A DNA stretch of 64,000 nucleotides from Christensenellaceae bacterium (GTDB taxonomy: Bacteria; Bacillota; Clostridia; Christensenellales; Borkfalkiaceae): contig JAZLCJ010000016.1 of assembly GCA_045614185.1 (NCBI GenBank), positions 11,384 to 75,383 on the forward strand, written 5' to 3'. Below are positions 36,251 to 46,831 of this stretch, piece by piece (positions within the stretch are counted from its first letter, which is position 1; every line of letters begins with the position of its first letter). Under the pieces are notes generated by a model. That model had not been told where the DNA came from, searched no databases, and saw only the letters and a list, made by a program, of their open reading frames with translations. The translations under genes were made by a program, and so were the position numbers.

Positions 36251-36916
36251 ATGGATAAAATTATTAGGATTGCACTTGACGGTCCGTCAGGTAGTGGTAA
36301 GAGCACAATCGCTAAGCGTTTGTCTGCAAAGCTTAACATTTTATATTTAGACACTGGCGCTATGTATCGTGCTACAGCGTTAAAAGCTATTGCACTTGGT
36401 ATTGATACACTTGATGAACAAGGTGTTTCAACTTTTATTGATGATATAAATCTTGAAATTAAATATATTGATGGAACTCAACACACTTATCTTGATGGTG
36501 AAGACGTTTCTGAAAGAATTAGAGAACCGCACGTTTCAATGGCGGCATCTAACATTTCAAGTTTAAAATGTGTTCGTCTTAAGATGGTTGATATGCAAAG
36601 AAAGATTGCAAGCGAAATGTCTTGTGTGTTAGACGGTAGGGATATCGGTTCTTACGTTTTGCCAAACGCGGATTTTAAGTTCTATATCACAGCAAGTACT
36701 GACGTTCGTGCAGATAGAAGATTTAAGGAACTTACGTTAAAGGGCCATAAAGTTGATTTTAATGAGTTAAGACAAGAAATTGAACTTCGCGATTATAATG
36801 ATAAGACTAGAGATTTTTCTCCGCTTAAAAAGGCGGAAGACGCTATTGAAATAGATACTTCTTACATGACTATTGAACAAGTAATCGGTAAGGTTTTATC
36901 ATATATTGAAAAATAA
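36251..36916 (+). CDS. cmk: cytidylate kinase
   Basis: P-loop DGPSGSGKST. cmk-plsC-ispH/S1 synteny. Confidence 0.9.
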   Translation: MDKIIRIALDGPSGSGKSTIAKRLSAKLNILYLDTGAMYRATALKAIALGIDTLDEQGVSTFIDDINLEIKYIDGTQHTYLDGEDVSERIREPHVSMAASNISSLKCVRLKMVDMQRKIASEMSCVLDGRDIGSYVLPNADFKFYITASTDVRADRRFKELTLKGHKVDFNELRQEIELRDYNDKTRDFSPLKKAEDAIEIDTSYMTIEQVIGKVLSYIEK

Positions 36917-36926
36917 GGGAACGTCT

Positions 36927-37535
36927 ATGAACTTTTTCAAAAAAATCCCACTATGGTTGGCTAATGCTTTATATCCTATAAAGGTTTATAATAAAGAAAA
37001 TTTACCCAAGGACGGTGCGGTTTGTGTATCAAATCACTTTTCAATTATTGATAGTGCATATATCCGTTCTTTGTTTGATGATGACGTTTACTTCTTAGGT
37101 AAAAAGGAAGTATTTGAAAATAAGTTTGCGGGTTGGATTTTAAGGGCTTACGGCGGTATTCCTATTAATAGAGAAAATCCTGATATTAAGTCATTATTTA
37201 CGGCAACTAAGGCTGTAAAAGATGGTTTCAAACTTGTTGTTTTTCCTGAAGGGACTAGAAATAAAACTGGTACAAACGAACTTCAATCAATCAAAGGTGG
37301 TTCAGCTGTTTTTGCTGTTAAGGCAAAGCGCCCAATTGTTCCTATGATGATTTTGAAGAAAGCTCGCTTATTTAGAAAAAATGCAATTATTGTTGGTGAG
37401 CCATTTTATTTAGAAGAATATTACACTAAGAAATTAACCCCTGAAGTTGTTGATGAAATGGATGAAATTGTTCGACAAAAAATGATTGAACAACAAAAAA
37501 TCTTATTTGAATTAACTGCTAAGAAAAAGAAATAA
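36927..37535 (+). CDS. plsC: 1-acyl-sn-glycerol-3-phosphate acyltransferase
   Basis: NHFSIID (HX4D) and FPEGTR motifs. Confidence 0.8.
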   Translation: MNFFKKIPLWLANALYPIKVYNKENLPKDGAVCVSNHFSIIDSAYIRSLFDDDVYFLGKKEVFENKFAGWILRAYGGIPINRENPDIKSLFTATKAVKDGFKLVVFPEGTRNKTGTNELQSIKGGSAVFAVKAKRPIVPMMILKKARLFRKNAIIVGEPFYLEEYYTKKLTPEVVDEMDEIVRQKMIEQQKILFELTAKKKK

Positions 37536-37538
37536 GTT

Positions 37539-39632
37539 ATGAAAGTTTTAAGAGGAAAACACGCCGGCTTTTGTTTTGGTGTAAAAAGAGCGGTTTCAGA
37601 GGCGGAGAAACTTTCAGGCTCGGGGAACTATGTGTTAGGGCACATAATTCATAATGAAAGTGTTATAAATAAGCTTGAAAAAGCGGGTGTAAAGACAATA
37701 AACTCTCTTGACGATGTGTCCTTTAGTGCGGGTGATAATTTGCTTATAAGAACTCATGGCGAGGGTGAGGAAATAATAAACAAAGCAACTGCGCTTGGTG
37801 TTAATATTATTGATTGCACTTGTCCGTTTGTAAAAGAAATTCACAACATTGTAAAAACTCATTATGATAAAGGTTATACTATTGCAGTCATCGGTGATGC
37901 TAATCATCCAGAGGTAAAAGGTATAAACGGTTGGTGCAATAATAAGGCGATAATTATTGACAATGAGGTTCAACTAAGTGAAATTGTTGCCGAGAAATTG
38001 TGTGTTGTAGTGCAAACTACCTACTCTGAAGAAAAATTTGATAAAATAGTTAAAAATTTTACTTATAGCAAGGTAAAAACAGTTGATATTTTCAAAACAA
38101 TTTGCTATACTACAAAGGAACGACAAAGGGAAGCGGAAATTTTATCCGCAGAGTGTGACGCCGTCATAGTTTTAGGCGGTTCTAACAGTAATAACACTAA
38201 TAAACTTTTTGATATTTGCAGTAAAAATTGCAAGAAAGTTTATAGGGTAGTTGACCCAGTCGATTTCGATTATAAAAAAATAAAAAGATTAAATAAAGTT
38301 GGGGTTGTCTTGGGGGCGTCTACGCCGATCGAACAATTCCGGGAGGTTGTCTCAAACATGGAGAACGTTACAGAAGAAATCATCACTACTACTGGTGAGG
38401 TTCAAAAGGAAGAAGTTGCATCTGAAATGGAAAAAGCATTTTCTAGCATTAAACCGAGCAAAGATCTTAAGATCGGTCAAATCGTAACCGCAGTTATTAC
38501 TTCGGCTAAAGATGAAGGTCTTACTTTGTCAATCAAAGATTCTAAGAAAGATGACTTATCTCTTCCTAAGAGTGAAATTATGGGTGAATACGATAAGGAG
38601 GCTTATCAAGCAAAAGTAGGCGAAAAGATTCGCGTTATGGTTATCGCTAAACAACCTATTGTTTTCTCTGAAAAGGCTATGGAAAGCGTTCTTAAAGAAG
38701 AGGCTGAAATTGAAGAAATTAAAAACGGTAAGATTTTTGAAGTTACCGTTGATTCTACCAACAAGGGCGGTCTTAACGCTAAATTTGGTAGATATAGCGT
38801 ATTTATTCCCGCATCACAAATCAAACTTGGTTTTGTTAAAGATTTAGAAAAATACGTTGGTAAGACTTTAAGACTTAAGGCTGAAAAAGTTGAATCAAGA
38901 GGCGCTCGTAGACAAATCGTTGGTTCACAAAAGGTTATCTTAGAAGCAGAAAAAGCTGAAAGAGATGCTATCAAGGCTGCTAAAGAAGAAGAATTCTTTG
39001 CAAGCATTCAAGAAGGCGACGTAGTTTTAGGTACTCCCGTTAGATTCGCTGCTTTCGGTGCTTTCATTGACGTAAACGGTTTCGACTGTTTAGCACATAT
39101 TTCTGATCTTTCATGGACTGGTTGCAAGTCTTGTGCAGATGTTTTAGAAATTGGTAAGCAATCTGAATTCAAAATCTTAAAAATTGATCAAGAAAACAAA
39201 CGTGTTTCTATTGGTTATAAACAACTTCAACCCAAACCTTGGGAAACCATTGCTGAAAAGTATAAGGTTGATGACGTTATTACCGGTAAGGTTGTAAGAA
39301 TCGTTAACTTCGGTGCTTTTGTTGAAGTTGAAAAAGGTATTGACGGTTTAGTTCATGTTTCACAAATTTCAAATCAATGGCTTGAAAACCCCGTAACCGC
39401 TTTAGAAGTTGGTCAAGAAGTTCAAGCAAAGATTATCAACATTGACGTTGAAAAAGAAAAAATGAATCTTTCAATCAAGGCTTTACTTCCTGAAGTTGAA
39501 AAACCTGTAAAAGAAGAAAAGGTTAAGAAAGTTAAGGATGATGAAGAAGAATATCCCGAACTTCGTGAATGGAAAGATGATAGTGTTGGCGGTGTTTCAA
39601 TTGCTGAAATGCTTAGCAACTCTGATAAATAA
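37539..39632 (+). CDS. ispH: fused 4-hydroxy-3-methylbut-2-enyl diphosphate reductase (IspH) / ribosomal protein S1-like (four S1 domains)
   Basis: N-terminal LytB fold (GFCFGVKRAV, CPFV) followed by repeated S1 motifs (G.V....FGAF(I/V)(D/E)V). This fusion is established in Clostridia. Confidence 0.85.
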   Translation: MKVLRGKHAGFCFGVKRAVSEAEKLSGSGNYVLGHIIHNESVINKLEKAGVKTINSLDDVSFSAGDNLLIRTHGEGEEIINKATALGVNIIDCTCPFVKEIHNIVKTHYDKGYTIAVIGDANHPEVKGINGWCNNKAIIIDNEVQLSEIVAEKLCVVVQTTYSEEKFDKIVKNFTYSKVKTVDIFKTICYTTKERQREAEILSAECDAVIVLGGSNSNNTNKLFDICSKNCKKVYRVVDPVDFDYKKIKRLNKVGVVLGASTPIEQFREVVSNMENVTEEIITTTGEVQKEEVASEMEKAFSSIKPSKDLKIGQIVTAVITSAKDEGLTLSIKDSKKDDLSLPKSEIMGEYDKEAYQAKVGEKIRVMVIAKQPIVFSEKAMESVLKEEAEIEEIKNGKIFEVTVDSTNKGGLNAKFGRYSVFIPASQIKLGFVKDLEKYVGKTLRLKAEKVESRGARRQIVGSQKVILEAEKAERDAIKAAKEEEFFASIQEGDVVLGTPVRFAAFGAFIDVNGFDCLAHISDLSWTGCKSCADVLEIGKQSEFKILKIDQENKRVSIGYKQLQPKPWETIAEKYKVDDVITGKVVRIVNFGAFVEVEKGIDGLVHVSQISNQWLENPVTALEVGQEVQAKIINIDVEKEKMNLSIKALLPEVEKPVKEEKVKKVKDDEEEYPELREWKDDSVGGVSIAEMLSNSDK

Positions 39633-39642
39633 TTAAAATATA

Positions 39643-39672
39643 AGTAGGCTTAAAATTAAGCCTACTTTTTTT
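39643..39672 (+). terminator. rho-independent terminator (first of a tandem pair)
   Basis: AGTAGGCTTA-AAAT-TAAGCCTACT followed by T7. Confidence 0.85.
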
Positions 39673-39682
39673 ATGTTTTTGA

Positions 39683-39707
39683 GCGCAGTTTTTACTGCGC
39701 TTTTTTT
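39683..39707 (+). terminator. rho-independent terminator (second of a tandem pair)
   Basis: GCGCAGT-TTTT-ACTGCGC followed by T7. Confidence 0.8.
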
Positions 39708-39725
39708 GTTCTATTTTTATTATTA

Positions 39726-40592
39726 ATGAATAAACTTAAAATGATGGAGCTTGAATTTTTACCACTAAAACTTAAAAATGTTTTATATGATTATGATTTG
39801 GACAAGATTTATGAGATTAGATTAAGGGTAAATCAACCTGTTAAAGTTAACTATTGTGGTGAATATAAATATTTATTAAACAAAGCAAAAGAGAAAGTAT
39901 TATGTATAAAAAATGATATCGATGAAATTATTAAAAACGTTACAGAATATTCTGTTTATGCTCATAATGAAAAAATAAAAAACGGATATTTATATTCACC
40001 TGGTGGGGTCAGGTTAGGGCTGTGTGGTGAATGTGTTTATGATAATGATAAAATTATAACATTAAAAAACATTTCATCTATCAATATAAGGTTGCCACAT
40101 AATGTCGCTGGTTGTTCTAACTTATTTTTTAAGAAAATTATTTCCAAAGAAAAAGTTTGTAATACTTTAATTATTTCACCGCCGTTATTGGGTAAAACAA
40201 CGTTGCTTAAAGACGTTGCATTAAAGTTAAACTGCTTAAATTTGGGCAATATTTTAATAATTGATGAGCGTGGAGAGTTTTTTGAGATTGTTGGCGACAA
40301 CATTGATAAAATTTGTTTTTGTGATAAAACATATGCTTTTCAAAGCGGAGTAAGAGTTATGTCTCCACAAATTATTATCGCAGATGAATTAATGGGTGAA
40401 AAAGACTGGAATTACGTTTTAGATGCTTGTAGAAGCGGTGTGACAGTAATTGCAAGCGTACACGGTTATTCTATAGAAGATGTAAAAGAAAAAGTGTATT
40501 TTAACAAAGATGTATTTGATAGATACATTGTTATAGGTAATAAAATTGGCAACGTTATTGCTGTTTATAATAAAGCCTTTAATAAAATATGA
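39726..40592 (+). CDS. spoIIIAA: stage III sporulation protein AA (ATPase)
   Basis: Walker A SPPLLGKTTLLKD. First gene of an eight-gene spoIIIA-like operon. Confidence 0.8.
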   Translation: MNKLKMMELEFLPLKLKNVLYDYDLDKIYEIRLRVNQPVKVNYCGEYKYLLNKAKEKVLCIKNDIDEIIKNVTEYSVYAHNEKIKNGYLYSPGGVRLGLCGECVYDNDKIITLKNISSINIRLPHNVAGCSNLFFKKIISKEKVCNTLIISPPLLGKTTLLKDVALKLNCLNLGNILIIDERGEFFEIVGDNIDKICFCDKTYAFQSGVRVMSPQIIIADELMGEKDWNYVLDACRSGVTVIASVHGYSIEDVKEKVYFNKDVFDRYIVIGNKIGNVIAVYNKAFNKI

Positions 40593-41044
40593 ATATTATC
40601 CTTGGTTTTTTACTATTTTTAGCGTCATTAATTGTTGGGGTTATTTTATCAAGAAAATATTCTAAAAGGACAACCTTATTTTCGGAGTTTTGTGCTTTTA
40701 ATCAAGTGTTAATAAGTGAGGTTGAATTTTCACAAAACACCTTGAAATCTATTGTTGAAAAAGTTCCTGATGGTAATTTTATCGTATTGATTAGGGAATA
40801 TTTTTATAATAAAAAATTGTCTAAAATTGAATATCTAAATGATGAAGAAATAGATTTAGTTTTAACTTATTTTAATAACATTGGTGGACAAGATAAACAT
40901 AGTCAATTGCAATATCTTAAAAAAATTGATATAGATATTAATAAAAGACTTGTTTGTTGCAAAAATGAAATGAAAAAATATAAAACTTTATATATCAAAA
41001 TAGGGTTTTTGATTGGTATTGTTTTGTTTGTGCTTGTTTTGTAG
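40589..41044 (+). CDS. spoIIIAB: stage III sporulation protein AB
   Basis: Position, size, N- and C-terminal TM helices, and 4-nt overlap with AA. Confidence 0.65.
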   Translation: MNIILGFLLFLASLIVGVILSRKYSKRTTLFSEFCAFNQVLISEVEFSQNTLKSIVEKVPDGNFIVLIREYFYNKKLSKIEYLNDEEIDLVLTYFNNIGGQDKHSQLQYLKKIDIDINKRLVCCKNEMKKYKTLYIKIGFLIGIVLFVLVL

Positions 41045-41248
41045 GTGAATATGGAAATAGATATAATTTTCAAAATTGCAGCAATAGGAATTTTAATAAC
41101 CGTAATAACTCAAGTGCTAAAAAAGAGTGACAGAGATGATATAGCAACCCTTGTTTCACTTGCTGGATTTATTATTGTTTTAACCTTTGTTATTGGCATG
41201 ATAAGTGATTTATTTGAGAATATAAAAAATTTATTCGCCTTGTATTAA
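41045..41248 (+). CDS. spoIIIAC: stage III sporulation protein AC
   Basis: About 65-aa two-TM protein (IFKIAAIGILITVITQVLKKS...). The start could be GTG at 41045 or ATG at 41051. Confidence 0.75.
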   Translation: MNMEIDIIFKIAAIGILITVITQVLKKSDRDDIATLVSLAGFIIVLTFVIGMISDLFENIKNLFALY

Positions 41249-41628
41249 TGATAAAAATTGTAATAATTGCCATTGTATGTGCTGTTTTAATAACTTACTT
41301 AAAATCTTCTGGCAGCGATTTATACGTTCTTGCGCTTGTTGGGTCTGGGATATTAATATTTAGCGTTGCTTTTGAATATTTGGTAGAATCAGTTGAATTT
41401 GTTAGGCTTTTGATTGAAAAGACAGGCATAGATAAAGAGTTTTATTATATTATTTTTAAAATAACAGCAATTGGGTATTTAATTGAATTTTCAGCGGATA
41501 CGATAACTGATTTAGGTTTTAAGAGTATTGCGGACAAACTTATTTTTGTAGGCAAGTTTGTTATTTTTTGCATATCGTTGCCTATATTATACGCCGTTTT
41601 TAACTTGCTTACGGGGTTACTTGCTTGA
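41248..41628 (+). CDS. spoIIIAD: stage III sporulation protein AD
   Basis: Four-TM protein, with matching position and size. Confidence 0.75.
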   Translation: MIKIVIIAIVCAVLITYLKSSGSDLYVLALVGSGILIFSVAFEYLVESVEFVRLLIEKTGIDKEFYYIIFKITAIGYLIEFSADTITDLGFKSIADKLIFVGKFVIFCISLPILYAVFNLLTGLLA

Positions 41629-42788
41629 TTAAACAAAGATTTATAATAATTTTTATCGTTTTAATTATAAGCATTTTTTGTACGTGTATAAACTCAAATA
41701 CAGTCTATGCGGACGAATTAAGTGATAATATTGAAGAACAACTTAATAATTTAGATTTAGAAGAATTAGAAGAATTTTATAATAATGTTATATCAAATTT
41801 TTTTGACGTTGACTTTAATTCTTTTTTACGTAAAAATCTAAATGGGGAATATGTTTTTAATGCTGAAAACATTTATTCTTACATTAAAAATATTTGTTTA
41901 AGTTTTGCAAAAGATTTACTTCCAACCTTTATATCCATTGTAGTAATAGGTGCGCTTTGTGGTTTTTTACAAAAAAACAAGGGTGGAATTATTAACGAAG
42001 GTGTTTATGAAATAACTTATTTTGCATCTATTTTAAGTATAATTTTATTGTTGTTAACAAGGATTTATCCATTAATTGAAAACAGTAAAAACGCTATTGA
42101 AAACATAGCGAAAATAACTGAGATTATGTCACCCATAATACTAACTTTAATGATGGCTGTGGGCGGTAATGTGTCAGCAAGCGTATACAAGCCAACGGTA
42201 ACATTTTTTTCTCAAACGTTTATAGGCATTGTGCTTTATTTTATACTACCTTTTATTGTTATTTATACGGTTTTTAATATAGGCTCAAGTTTTTCAGTTG
42301 GTATAAAATTAAATAAATTTGCTGATTTTTTTGCAGGCCTTATTAAATGGGTGCTAGGTGTTTTTACTACTATATTTAGTTTGTTTTTAACCGTGCAAGG
42401 TTTAACTTCTGCGCATTATGATGGTATTTCATTAAAGGCGGCAAAATATGCCATATCAAATTCTGTGCCTATTGTTGGGGGATTTTTAAAAGATGGTTTT
42501 GATATTGTTGTTGCTGGTAGTGTTTTAATTAAAAACTCAATTGGTGTTTGTGGTATAGTTGTTTTATTGAGTATTATATTTTCTCCAGTTATATACTTGA
42601 CGGTATTAAGTCTTTTATTAAAATTTTGTGCTGCAATTTTAGAGCCTATTTGTGACGTAAGAATTTCAAATCTTTGTGTTTCAATTTCTAAAACCTGTTC
42701 TTATTTAATTGCTTGTATTTTAGTTGTGGCATTGATGTTTTTTATTTTAATTTTAATGTTGATTTTATCTGCTAATGCATTTATTTGA
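41625..42788 (+). CDS. spoIIIAE: stage III sporulation protein AE
   Basis: Signal sequence plus a polytopic permease-like body, in the expected position. Confidence 0.8.
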   Translation: MIKQRFIIIFIVLIISIFCTCINSNTVYADELSDNIEEQLNNLDLEELEEFYNNVISNFFDVDFNSFLRKNLNGEYVFNAENIYSYIKNICLSFAKDLLPTFISIVVIGALCGFLQKNKGGIINEGVYEITYFASILSIILLLLTRIYPLIENSKNAIENIAKITEIMSPIILTLMMAVGGNVSASVYKPTVTFFSQTFIGIVLYFILPFIVIYTVFNIGSSFSVGIKLNKFADFFAGLIKWVLGVFTTIFSLFLTVQGLTSAHYDGISLKAAKYAISNSVPIVGGFLKDGFDIVVAGSVLIKNSIGVCGIVVLLSIIFSPVIYLTVLSLLLKFCAAILEPICDVRISNLCVSISKTCSYLIACILVVALMFFILILMLILSANAFI

Positions 42789-42789
42789 T

Positions 42790-43272
42790 ATGAAAGAGTG
42801 GGTTATTAGAGTAATTATAACGGTATTTTCATTTTCAGTAATATCGCTTATATTACCAAACGGAAGTGTTTCTAAATTTATTAAACAGTTATTTAGTGTA
42901 TTAATGATTTTTATAATAATTCAACCATTGTTTAGCGCTGAAAATTTAAGTATTGATAAAAACAATCAAAACTTAAGTTATCAGGTTGATTACATAGAAT
43001 ACGTTAATAACAAAAAAGTTCAATCATTTACTAAAAAAATTGATGAAATATTAAATGAACTGGGTATAGAAAATTCTGAAATTGAAATTTTATACTATGC
43101 TGATGAGAATAATAAATTCAATTTTGATAAAGTTGTTGTAAATTTAAGAAATTGTGTAATAAGTTCGGACAGGGAGCATATAGATATTATTGACCAGGCA
43201 AAATCAAATATTGCTGATTATCTTGGTGTTGAAGAGAATATCGTTTTAATTTATGATAAAAAAATTGCTTGA
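42790..43272 (+). CDS. spoIIIAF: stage III sporulation protein AF
   Basis: MKEWVIRV...LPNGSVSKFIKQLFSVLMIFIIIQPL pattern. Confidence 0.65.
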   Translation: MKEWVIRVIITVFSFSVISLILPNGSVSKFIKQLFSVLMIFIIIQPLFSAENLSIDKNNQNLSYQVDYIEYVNNKKVQSFTKKIDEILNELGIENSEIEILYYADENNKFNFDKVVVNLRNCVISSDREHIDIIDQAKSNIADYLGVEENIVLIYDKKIA

Positions 43273-43765
43273 TAAATTAAAAATAAATGTTGCAAAGTTT
43301 ACTGATGATAAAAAACTTAAATATCTTTTAGTCTTTATAATTGTTGCAATATTAATTATTTCTTTAATAATGAGTTTTTCTAAAAATGAAACTGAAGTAT
43401 TAAATGAAAATGATAACGTTTCAACTTACGTAAGTCAACTTGAAAATAAATTATCTAAAACGCTCAGTAAAGTTGAAGGTGTTGGAGAAGTTTCGGTTGT
43501 AATTACAGTAGAATCCGGAATGGAAACAGTTTTAGCAACAAAAGTTATTACTAATAAAACCTCAAATGGCGAAATAGTTGAAGAAACGCCTATAATTGTT
43601 AACGGAAAAACTGTTGTCTTAAAAGAAAATTATCCACAAATAATAGGTGTTATGATTGTTGCAAAAGGCGCAAATAAAATTGGCGTACTAAATAAAATTC
43701 AACAAGCGACCATTTCGCTTTTGGATATAGAACTAAATCAAATTGAAATTTTGACAATGGAATAA
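43253..43765 (+). CDS. spoIIIAG: stage III sporulation protein AG
   Basis: N-terminal TM plus a ring-building-motif-like C-terminus (VEGVGEVSVVITVESG...IIGVMIVAKGA). Confidence 0.7.
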   Translation: MIKKLLDKLKINVAKFTDDKKLKYLLVFIIVAILIISLIMSFSKNETEVLNENDNVSTYVSQLENKLSKTLSKVEGVGEVSVVITVESGMETVLATKVITNKTSNGEIVEETPIIVNGKTVVLKENYPQIIGVMIVAKGANKIGVLNKIQQATISLLDIELNQIEILTME

Positions 43766-43775
43766 GGAGAATGTT

Positions 43776-44255
43776 ATGTCAAAGAAAAGAAAAATTATTG
43801 TACTATCTTGCATGATTGCGCTTTTAGCAGTAACCGCCGTATTCAATTTTATTTTGACTACGGGCACAATCCCTAACGAACAGGCAACAATAGTTAGCAA
43901 TGCAAATTATTTTACTCAATATAGAAATGAGCGTGTAACTACAAGAAATGAACAAATTGTTCAATTAGATGAAATTATCAAAACTTCTGCAGTTGACAGC
44001 ACGGAAAGATCTGATGCGCTTTCTATGAAAATTGAGTTAACTGAAATTACTGAAAAAGAAATGCTTTTAGAAAACTTAATTAAAGCATATGGTTTTGAAG
44101 ATGTTGTTGTGGTTATTGGTTTAGAGTCGGAAAATATTAACGTAATCACTAAAACAAGTGAATTAACAACTGACGATGCAATAATTATTCACTCAATTTT
44201 ATCTGAAGAAGTAAATGCATCACCAGAAAACGTAAAAATTATACCTATTTCTTAA
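43776..44255 (+). CDS. spoIIIAH: stage III sporulation protein AH-like
   Basis: N-terminal TM plus a YscJ/FliF-like domain. Last gene of the operon. Confidence 0.6.
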   Translation: MSKKRKIIVLSCMIALLAVTAVFNFILTTGTIPNEQATIVSNANYFTQYRNERVTTRNEQIVQLDEIIKTSAVDSTERSDALSMKIELTEITEKEMLLENLIKAYGFEDVVVVIGLESENINVITKTSELTTDDAIIIHSILSEEVNASPENVKIIPIS

Positions 44256-44323
44256 AAAACACTATGCAAAATAAATATTTTGTGGTACAATATTATAAAT
44301 AAATTATTTATCAGAGGATATTT

Positions 44324-44722
44324 ATGGCTCGTTTTAAGAAGTTTCCTATCAACTCTCATGAGGGTAAGGTTATTTATGCCGATGGAATAGTTGACGGTAT
44401 TGTTCTTCTTGCTATGCGTGAAGTTCCTAACGTAGAACTTTATGCTCCCGTTCAAGATGAAAAGATGTCTAATCCGTCAATCAGCGTTGCTTTTGAAAAG
44501 GACGGCGTACACGTTGACGTTGTTGTTAAAATTCATTTCGCACAAAGCGTATCAGATATTGCGTTTAGAATTCAAGAAGCAATTAGATATAACGTAGAGG
44601 CTATGACTGAATACCACGTTGCAAGCGTAAACGTTTCTGTTAAGGACGTTATGTTTGATGATAGAGAAGAAAAATCTGAGGATAAATCTCAGCAACTTAC
44701 AGAGGCACAACAAGAAGGTTAA
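44324..44722 (+). CDS. Asp23/Gls24-family alkaline shock protein (YqhY-like)
   Basis: IVLLAMREVPNV... family pattern. Synteny upstream of nusB. Confidence 0.8.
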   Translation: MARFKKFPINSHEGKVIYADGIVDGIVLLAMREVPNVELYAPVQDEKMSNPSISVAFEKDGVHVDVVVKIHFAQSVSDIAFRIQEAIRYNVEAMTEYHVASVNVSVKDVMFDDREEKSEDKSQQLTEAQQEG

Positions 44723-44725
44723 CAT

Positions 44726-45115
44726 ATGAGAAGTCAAGCGAGAGAAGCGGTTTTTAAATTTATATTTTCACAGCTCTTCAATTCTGATGATGAAGGGCTT
44801 TTTACTGTTTTATGTAAAGAATTATCTGATGTGGACAAACAGTTTGCTGAACAATTATTAAGCGCAATTGATAGCGAGAAATATCTTGCGGATATTGAAA
44901 GACTTGCGGTCGGTTATAAATTAAATAGATTATACGCTGCAGACAAGTGTGCGTTGCTTATTGGTATGGCGGAACTTAACCGTTTTCCTGAAACACCCGT
45001 CGCTGTTGTTGTTGATGAGACTGTAAAATTAGCAGCAAAATTTTCTACCGAAAATAGCACTAATTTTGTAAATGGTTTACTTGCTGAGTATATAAGGGAG
45101 CAAAAAAATGGCTAA
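44726..45115 (+). CDS. nusB: transcription antitermination factor NusB
   Basis: MRSQAREAVFKFIF... and FVNGLL motif, plus synteny. Confidence 0.85.
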   Translation: MRSQAREAVFKFIFSQLFNSDDEGLFTVLCKELSDVDKQFAEQLLSAIDSEKYLADIERLAVGYKLNRLYAADKCALLIGMAELNRFPETPVAVVVDETVKLAAKFSTENSTNFVNGLLAEYIREQKNG

Positions 45116-45959
45116 TATTATTGATGGAAAGGCTCTTTCACAAAAAATAAAAGACGAACTTAAAATTAAAGTTGCAAACTTTGAACAAAAATACAATAGA
45201 AAAATTACCCTTGCGGTTGTGCTTGTTGGGGAAAATCCTGCTTCACAAGTTTACGTAAAGAACAAAATTAAGGCTACAGAATACGTTGGCATGAAATCTC
45301 TTGCTTTATATTTGCCTGAAAGTAGCACTCAACAAGAAGTTGAAGATGCTGTTAAAAGTTTAGCAAATGACAGTTTAGTCGACGGTATTTTAGTTCAACT
45401 TCCACTTCCTAAACATCTTGATGAAAATGCAGTATTAGATATTATTCCTGCAGAAAAAGACGTTGACGGTTTTTTGGCTGAAAACGTTGGTAAATTAACT
45501 TTAGGTCTTCCTACAACTATTGCATGTACTCCGTTTGGCGTAACGAAAATGCTTGAAAGTACTGGGATAGATTTTAGTGGTAAAAACGCTGTTGTAATAG
45601 GCAGAAGCAATATCGTTGGTAAACCAATGGCGCTTTTATTATTACAAATGAATTGTACTGTTACCGTTTGCCACAGCAAAACTGTTAACTTAAAAGAAAT
45701 TTGTAAACAAGCAGACGTTATTGTTGCTGCGATAGGCAGACCTAAGTTTGTTACTGCCGATATGGTAAAAGAAGGTGCTGTTGTAATTGACGTTGGTATC
45801 AATAGAACCGAAAATGGTCTTGTGGGCGACGTTGATTATGATGCTGTTAAGGATATTGCGTCTTATATTACGCCCGTTCCTGGTGGAGTAGGACCGATGA
45901 CAATTGCTATGCTTTTAGAAAATACTTATCTTTGCGCGGAGAGAAAAATTAATGTTTGA
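45108..45959 (+). CDS. folD: bifunctional methylenetetrahydrofolate dehydrogenase/cyclohydrolase
   Basis: VGENPASQVYVKNK, VQLPLP and PVPGGVGPMT motifs. Confidence 0.95.
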   Translation: MANIIDGKALSQKIKDELKIKVANFEQKYNRKITLAVVLVGENPASQVYVKNKIKATEYVGMKSLALYLPESSTQQEVEDAVKSLANDSLVDGILVQLPLPKHLDENAVLDIIPAEKDVDGFLAENVGKLTLGLPTTIACTPFGVTKMLESTGIDFSGKNAVVIGRSNIVGKPMALLLLQMNCTVTVCHSKTVNLKEICKQADVIVAAIGRPKFVTADMVKEGAVVIDVGINRTENGLVGDVDYDAVKDIASYITPVPGGVGPMTIAMLLENTYLCAERKINV

Positions 45960-46830
45960 TTATAAAGCGCACTTTAGCCGTTATTACGATTATGTAAACG
46001 GCTATTTAATTAGTTTTTTTGAGAAGATTAAGAAGGAAAATCCATCAGTTATTACCGAGGCTATGGAATATTCTGTGATGAACGGGGGAAAGCGCGTTCG
46101 CTCAGTAATGTGCCTTGCCGCAGCGGATCTATTAGAAATTCCATATGATGCAGTTAAAGAATTTTGTGTTGCAATTGAGTGTATTCACGCCTATTCTTTG
46201 GTGCATGATGATCTTCCCGCAATGGACAATGATGATTATAGGCGTGGTAAATTATCCACGCACAAAAAATACGGTGAAGCAAACGGTATTCTTACTGGTG
46301 ACGCACTATTAAACGTTGCGTTTGAAGTGTGTTTAAGTAAGCCAAATTTTACTGGTAATGATGCTAAAGCGCTTTATGCGCTTGCAAATGCCGCTGGTTT
46401 TAATGGAATGATTTATGGACAAGTTTTAGATCTTGAAAATGAATGTTCAACAGAGTTAAAGAAAGAAGTTTTATATAAAATTTATGAAAATAAAACCGCA
46501 AAACTTATAATTGCCCCCCTTTTAATTGCAAGTGAACTTGCTTTTGGTAAATATAAGGAAGAATTAAAAGAATTTGGCTATCATCTTGGCGTTATGTTTC
46601 AAATAGTAGATGATATTATGGATGTTGAAGAAACATTTGAAAACATTGGCAAAACCCCCAATAAAGATGAGAAAGTAGATAAACTTACTTCTATTAAATT
46701 ATTCGGTATAGACGGCGCTAAAGCACTTGCTAAAGAACATTATGAAAAGTGTTTAAGTATTCTAAAAAATATACCTAATTCTGAATTTTTTGTTGAATTA
46801 GCCAACGCTATGTTTGTTAGAAGGAAGTAA
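45952..46830 (+). CDS. ispA: (2E,6E)-farnesyl/geranyl diphosphate synthase (polyprenyl synthetase)
   Basis: Asp-rich motifs LVHDDLPAMDNDDYRRG and QIVDDIMD. Confidence 0.85.
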   Translation: MFDYKAHFSRYYDYVNGYLISFFEKIKKENPSVITEAMEYSVMNGGKRVRSVMCLAAADLLEIPYDAVKEFCVAIECIHAYSLVHDDLPAMDNDDYRRGKLSTHKKYGEANGILTGDALLNVAFEVCLSKPNFTGNDAKALYALANAAGFNGMIYGQVLDLENECSTELKKEVLYKIYENKTAKLIIAPLLIASELAFGKYKEELKEFGYHLGVMFQIVDDIMDVEETFENIGKTPNKDEKVDKLTSIKLFGIDGAKALAKEHYEKCLSILKNIPNSEFFVELANAMFVRRK

Positions 46831-46831
46831 A

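Noticed and set aside
37539-39632. IspH fused to four S1 domains as a novel fusion
   Set aside because: This bifunctional IspH/S1 architecture is an established feature of many Clostridia. It is reported as a feature only.
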